This document shows, piece after piece, positions 59,416 to 64,000 of a stretch of DNA of 64,000 nucleotides (position 1 is the first letter of the stretch; each line of letters opens with the position of its first letter). Source of the DNA: Clostridia bacterium (GTDB lineage Bacteria; Bacillota; Clostridia; Oscillospirales; SIG627); contig JAFSGN010000022.1 of the NCBI GenBank assembly GCA_017440805.1, positions 280,298-344,297 on the forward strand. Reading direction: 5' to 3'. Both the position numbers and the translations under genes were made by a program. Below the pieces are notes generated by a model. The model made no database searches. It was not told the origin of the DNA and worked only from the letters and a program-made list of their open reading frames with translations.

Positions 59416-60528
59416 TTAGAACACAATGCACTTTTCAGTGTCTTTGTCAAAAATATGAATACGGGACATATCAATAGCAACTTTGATAGTATCACCGGAT
59501 TTTGCCTTGGAGCGAGAAGAAACACGGGAAACAATGTTCTGTTCCTGTGAAGTAAGGTACAAGTGAATTTCCGCACCCATAAGTTCGGTGATTTCAACAT
59601 CTGCATCAATAACCCACTCAGAGAGAGAGGAGAGATACATAGGCTCATCATGGATACATTCAGGACGAACACCCATAATAACTTCCTTGCCAACATAGTT
59701 TGCCAACTCGGCAACTGCAGCCTTTTCTGCAGGAAGTTTCAGTTCTACTTCGCCGTATTTAACAAAGTAGTCTTCACCCTTCTTAACAAGTGTAGAGTTA
59801 ATAAAGTTCATTTGAGGTGTACCGATAAATCCTGCAACAAAGATATTAACGGGTTTATCGTAAAGATTTTGAGGTGTATCAACCTGCTGAATAAGACCGT
59901 CTTTCATAACAACGATACGGGAAGCCATTGTCATAGCCTCTACCTGGTCGTGTGTTACATAGATAAAGGTTGTTTCAAGACGCTTGTGAAGTTTTGTAAG
60001 CTCTGTTCTCATCTGTGCACGAAGTTTAGCATCAAGGTTGGAAAGCGGTTCGTCAAGAAGGAATACCTTCGGTTCACGAACTATGGCACGACCTAATGCA
60101 ACACGCTGTCTCTGACCACCGGAAAGAGCCTTCGGGCGTCTGTCGAGAAGGTGTGCGATATCAAGAATACGCGCTGCTTCTTCAACTCTTCTCTTAATTT
60201 CTTCCTTAGGAGTTTTGCGGAGTTTTAATCCGAATGCCATGTTTTCAAACACGGTCATATGAGGATAAAGCGCATAGTTCTGGAACACCATCGCAATATC
60301 TCTGTCCTTAGGTGCTACATCGTTTACCAGGCGGTCGCCGATAAACAATTCACCTTCGGAAATTTCTTCAAGTCCTGCTATCATACGAAGGGTTGTGGAT
60401 TTACCGCAACCTGAAGGACCAACAAGAATAACAAATTCCTTGTCCTTAATTTCCAGGCAGAAATCGCTTACCGCGGTTACTCCACCGGGATATTTTTTGA
60501 AAATATGCTTTAATGATACACTTGCCAT
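59416..60528 (-). CDS. msmX: Multiple-sugar ABC transporter ATPase (MsmX/MsmK/UgpC family)
   Basis: [33 protein letters not shown]-terminal TOBE domain. SD AAGGAGG. Confidence 0.9.
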   Translation of the reverse strand: MASVSLKHIFKKYPGGVTAVSDFCLEIKDKEFVILVGPSGCGKSTTLRMIAGLEEISEGELFIGDRLVNDVAPKDRDIAMVFQNYALYPHMTVFENMAFGLKLRKTPKEEIKRRVEEAARILDIAHLLDRRPKALSGGQRQRVALGRAIVREPKVFLLDEPLSNLDAKLRAQMRTELTKLHKRLETTFIYVTHDQVEAMTMASRIVVMKDGLIQQVDTPQNLYDKPVNIFVAGFIGTPQMNFINSTLVKKGEDYFVKYGEVELKLPAEKAAVAELANYVGKEVIMGVRPECIHDEPMYLSSLSEWVIDADVEITELMGAEIHLYLTSQEQNIVSRVSSRSKAKSGDTIKVAIDMSRIHIFDKDTEKCIVF

Positions 60529-60782
60529 TAATAATCCTCCTTATATAGCCAAACGGAGCACCGTTTTAACTTATACAAACTTTCATGTCTATATTTTAAC
60601 AGAAAACAATAAATTTTTAAAGTGTTTTTACCCACAAACTTTTAGTGTTCATTTTGTATACAATGCACAAATTATGTCACAACAATTAAATTTAGCCTGT
60701 TTTTATAGTTTTTTTGAGTATAATTTACTGGTTTTTGACACGGTTTTATACATTTTAAACAAAATAATCCCATATATTTGTA

Positions 60783-62927
60783 TTATTTTTTCATTGTCAG
60801 AGATATTCTTTTTTTGCCAAGGTCAACCGCCAGTACTTTTACATTTACAACATCTCCCACGGACAGCACTTCACCGGGATGTTTTATATATTTCTCGGTT
60901 ATCTGGGATATGTGTACCAATCCGTCCTGATGAACACCTATATCAACAAAGGCACCGAAATCGCACACATTTCTGACAGTTCCCACAAGTTCCATACCTT
61001 CTTTAAGGTCCTCCATATCAAGTATATCATCTCTGAGTATCGGCTGTGCAAAGTCATCGCGTATATCCCGTCCCGGCTTTTCCAGTTCTTTTATTATATC
61101 CTTTAAAGTCGGCACACCCACGCCAAGTTTTTCTGCAATTTCGGAAATCCCTTCCTTCTCTGCTTTTTCCATAAGCCCCGAAACTCCGTTTTGTGCAACA
61201 TCCTTATCGGTATAGCCGAAGAAATCAAGAAGGTTAAGTGCCGCATCATAAGATTCGGGATGGACTCCGGTATTATCAAGCGGATTTTTTCCAAAAGGAA
61301 TACGCAAAAATCCGGCACACTGTTCAAATGCTTTCGCACCGATTTTGGGAACTTTCTTCACTTCTTTTACAGAGGAAAATTCTCCGTTTTCCTCACGGTA
61401 TTTAACTATATTTTTTGCCGAGGTCGCATTAATTCCCGCCACATAGGAAAGAAGAGAGTGACTCGCAGTGTTAAGGTCAACTCCAACCGCATTAACGCAA
61501 TCCTCCACCACTCCTCCCAGTACATCAGTGAGTCTTGCAGGCTTCATATCATGCTGATACTGTCCTACTCCTATTGCCTTAGGTTCTATTTTTACAAGTT
61601 CGGCAAGAGGGTCCTGCATACGACGCGCAATGGAAACCGCGCTTCTCTGGGTAACATCAAAATCCGGGAACTCCTCGGCCGCAAGTTTGGATGCGGAATA
61701 AACCGACGCTCCCGCTTCAGACACCATCATATACTTTAAGTTCAGCGAATTGTTTTTTATAAGATTTGCCACAAAAATTTCTGTTTCCTTGGATGCCGTA
61801 CCGTTTCCTATCGCAAAAATATCAACGCCGTGTTTTTCAATCATTCTCAAGATTATTTTTTCGGCCTCTTCAATTTTTTCATATGGCTTTGCAGGGTAAA
61901 TAACCGATGTATCAAGAACCTTTCCTGTTTTATCCACTACCGCAACCTTACATCCGGTACGATAGCCCGGGTCAAGACCGATAACTGTCTTGCCTTTTAT
62001 AGGCGCCTGCATAAGAAGATTGTGCAAATTGTCGCCAAACACCACCATTGCACTTTCACAAGCCGATTCAAATATATCGGAGCGTATCTCTCTTTCTATT
62101 GACGGCTTGATAAGTCGTGTGTATGCGTCATTCACGGCAGATTCTACATATTTTTCGAAAATAGACTTGCCAAGAATGTTTTTGTTGTAAAGATAATTGA
62201 GTATCATATACTCATCCATCTCGAGAGTGACCTTAAGATACTCTTCTTTTTCACCGCGATTCATTGCAAGTATACGATGACCCGGGATTTTTGCCACTGC
62301 CTCGGAGTAATCATAGTACATGGAGTAAACCGAGTCTTCTTCCTTGGTATTCCTGCTTTTTATCACACCATAACGGAATGTCATACGGCGTATTTCTTTA
62401 CGGAATTCTGCATTGTCCGAAACATTTTCCGCGATAATATCAAGTGCACCGGATATCGCATCGTCAACACTGTTAACACCTTTTTCCTCATTGAGATACC
62501 CGGATGCCAAAAGGTTTATATCCCCTGTTTTGAGTTCCTGGGCAAAAATAATTTCCGCAAGAGGCTCAAGACCTTTTTCTCTGGCAACAGAAGCCCGTGT
62601 TTTTCTGTGGGGTTTATATGGGCGGTAAATATCCTCAACCTCAGTAATGGTCTGGGCAGACTCAAGTGCAGAAACTATCTCGTCCGTGAGTTTGCCCTGT
62701 TCTTCTATGGAACACCGAACTTCTTCCTTGCGTTTTTCAAGATTACGCAGATAATTAAGACGGTCGGAAAGGTCGCGTAATACCTGGTCGTCAAGGGAGC
62801 CTGTAACTTCTTTTCTGTAACGCGCAATAAACGGCACGGTGTTACCTTCATCAAGAAGTTTCACCGCGTTTTCAGTCTGATACTGCTGAATTTTTAATTC
62901 TTCGGTCAGTTTTTTGATAATATCCAT
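60783..62927 (-). CDS. tex: Tex family RNA-binding transcription accessory protein
   Basis: G.TVPFIARYRKE.TG, DPG.RTGCK, EAGAS.YSAS, IGVGQYQHD, C-terminal S1 domain. Confidence 0.95.
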   Translation of the reverse strand: MDIIKKLTEELKIQQYQTENAVKLLDEGNTVPFIARYRKEVTGSLDDQVLRDLSDRLNYLRNLEKRKEEVRCSIEEQGKLTDEIVSALESAQTITEVEDIYRPYKPHRKTRASVAREKGLEPLAEIIFAQELKTGDINLLASGYLNEEKGVNSVDDAISGALDIIAENVSDNAEFRKEIRRMTFRYGVIKSRNTKEEDSVYSMYYDYSEAVAKIPGHRILAMNRGEKEEYLKVTLEMDEYMILNYLYNKNILGKSIFEKYVESAVNDAYTRLIKPSIEREIRSDIFESACESAMVVFGDNLHNLLMQAPIKGKTVIGLDPGYRTGCKVAVVDKTGKVLDTSVIYPAKPYEKIEEAEKIILRMIEKHGVDIFAIGNGTASKETEIFVANLIKNNSLNLKYMMVSEAGASVYSASKLAAEEFPDFDVTQRSAVSIARRMQDPLAELVKIEPKAIGVGQYQHDMKPARLTDVLGGVVEDCVNAVGVDLNTASHSLLSYVAGINATSAKNIVKYREENGEFSSVKEVKKVPKIGAKAFEQCAGFLRIPFGKNPLDNTGVHPESYDAALNLLDFFGYTDKDVAQNGVSGLMEKAEKEGISEIAEKLGVGVPTLKDIIKELEKPGRDIRDDFAQPILRDDILDMEDLKEGMELVGTVRNVCDFGAFVDIGVHQDGLVHISQITEKYIKHPGEVLSVGDVVNVKVLAVDLGKKRISLTMKK

Positions 62928-62960
62928 ACAACTATCTCCATTCCAATTTACATCACTTTA

Positions 62961-62989
62961 ATTATACTTCAATCCGTCAAATTTGTCAA
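62961..62989 (-). promoter_or_regulatory. Consensus sigA promoter of tex
   Basis: Minus strand TTGACA-N17-TATAAT. Confidence 0.8.
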
Positions 62990-63004
62990 TATAACAACCA
63001 CAAC

Positions 63005-63030
63005 AATCGGCGGTGAAATCACCGCCGATT
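63005..63030 (-). terminator. Hairpin downstream of the Cys-rich gene
   Basis: AATCGGCGGTG-aaat-CACCGCCGATT. Confidence 0.65.
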
Positions 63031-63056
63031 ATTATAAAATATCCTGTTGTCGGTTA

Positions 63057-63929
63057 TCATCTGTATTCCTTGGGGTCAATGGTTTTGCCTGTACCAGAAG
63101 TGCATCCGCAACCGCAATTTCCGCAATCTTCTTTAGGGAAAAATTCCTCAACAGGAAAACTCATTGCACGGAAAAGAGAACATGCATCATCAAATGTTGC
63201 ACCGCCGGAACACTGTTTATCGGGTACACAGTAATCTCCCGCAGGCACAATAATCTGGGTTGCACGCTGCAAACGGATAAGTGCGAATATACCAATACTT
63301 ACAAATACTGCCTTGGAATCATTATGCTCAACAATATTACTGTCAAAACAGCAGCTGACCTGTTCGGGCAATTCTTCTCCCGCACCTACACAGTATCCGA
63401 AGTTACAGGGACATTTTTCCTTAACCTTGAGATTGAGAACTATAGGGTCTGCAACATCCAGGACAATCTGAGGGTGGTGACCTGCAGAGCATCCGCTGTT
63501 AAAAATCGGACCGCCGCAAAATACCGAGTTCACATCGGAACGGAAGGTGGATACATTGCATTCGCCTCCGCAAAGCACTGAAGTCTGGTCGTAAGAAGCG
63601 ATACCCGAAAATTCTCTGGGTGTTCCGTTAACACAGCCCTCAAGAACTATATAAAAATAATAGCGTATCTTTATCTGATAGTAGCCTCTGTTGAACGGCA
63701 TTTCCTCAGTATTTATCTTAACCCACGCAACCTTGACATTTTTAATACGGATTTCCGAGGATGCATTAAGAATTTCCTGTCCGCCGTCGGTCAAGAGAAC
63801 TTTTAAGTCCTCAAGACAAAGTTGATCACGGCAGGAATCAAATATCTTATAAGTATCTATACAGCAGACATCGCCTATATTATCTGCCGAACAAGCGGTT
63901 CTTGTGTCACCGCAATTTCTGTCATTCAT
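63057..63929 (-). CDS. Cys-rich hypothetical protein, probable spore coat/exosporium component
   Basis: SD AAGGAGG, CCIDTYKIFDSCRD motif, many Cys, CGNCGCGC tail, sigK-like promoter upstream. Confidence 0.65.
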   Translation of the reverse strand: MNDRNCGDTRTACSADNIGDVCCIDTYKIFDSCRDQLCLEDLKVLLTDGGQEILNASSEIRIKNVKVAWVKINTEEMPFNRGYYQIKIRYYFYIVLEGCVNGTPREFSGIASYDQTSVLCGGECNVSTFRSDVNSVFCGGPIFNSGCSAGHHPQIVLDVADPIVLNLKVKEKCPCNFGYCVGAGEELPEQVSCCFDSNIVEHNDSKAVFVSIGIFALIRLQRATQIIVPAGDYCVPDKQCSGGATFDDACSLFRAMSFPVEEFFPKEDCGNCGCGCTSGTGKTIDPKEYR

Positions 63930-63972
63930 TTTTGTTTCCTCCTTAATAAAATTAAACACTTTCGTGTTACTT

Positions 63973-64000
63973 TATTTTATGCTTCAGGGGGAATATTTGT
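63973..64000 (-). promoter_or_regulatory. Putative sigK (or sigE) mother-cell promoter
   Basis: Minus strand ACA-N16-CATAAAATA. The -35 sits at the window edge. Confidence 0.5.

Noticed and set aside
60395-60976. 193-aa ORF spanning the msmX-tex intergenic region
   Set aside because: Antisense to both flanking genes, low-complexity composition, no SD.
63936-63995. Possible anti-SD (TTCCCCCT versus AGGAGGAA) in the sigK-like spacer
   Set aside because: Only 7 of 8 pairs, far from the SD, and the upstream context is outside the window.

Overview
Low-GC chromosomal core region of a spore-forming clostridial bacterium (gene content resembles Oscillospiraceae/Ruminococcaceae; inference). It holds about 55 CDS. 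These are a truncated S8 protease, a sorE-like/aldolase-SDR/PHP sugar operon, pdxK, purC, spoIIR, a site-2 protease-scpAB-DUF2953-gerW-dacB-rluB operon, a 2-oxoacid:ferredoxin oxidoreductase operon coupled to ispDF, dapAB-rlmB, queA, miaA with the ylm/sepF/divIVA-ileS-lspA-rluD cluster, split transketolase, prsA, ilvE, a walRK-yycHI-murA locus, prfB without its frameshift, a GH78 pseudogene, ligA-proC-spoIIM-like-DUF624, msmX, tex and a Cys-rich probable spore protein. I saw no rRNA, tRNA, CRISPR array or transposase. Two observations stand out. (1) Three sporulation genes lying downstream of co-directional housekeeping genes (spoIIR, dacB, spoIIM-like) share one design: the spacer of a predicted sigF/sigE promoter encodes an anti-Shine-Dalgarno arm, so read-through mRNA should be translationally locked while the sporulation-sigma transcript is not. 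(2) A 749-aa membrane protein follows the P1B-ATPase architecture but has lost every catalytic and metal-binding motif. All calls come from manual motif recognition; no database searches or folding programs were run.
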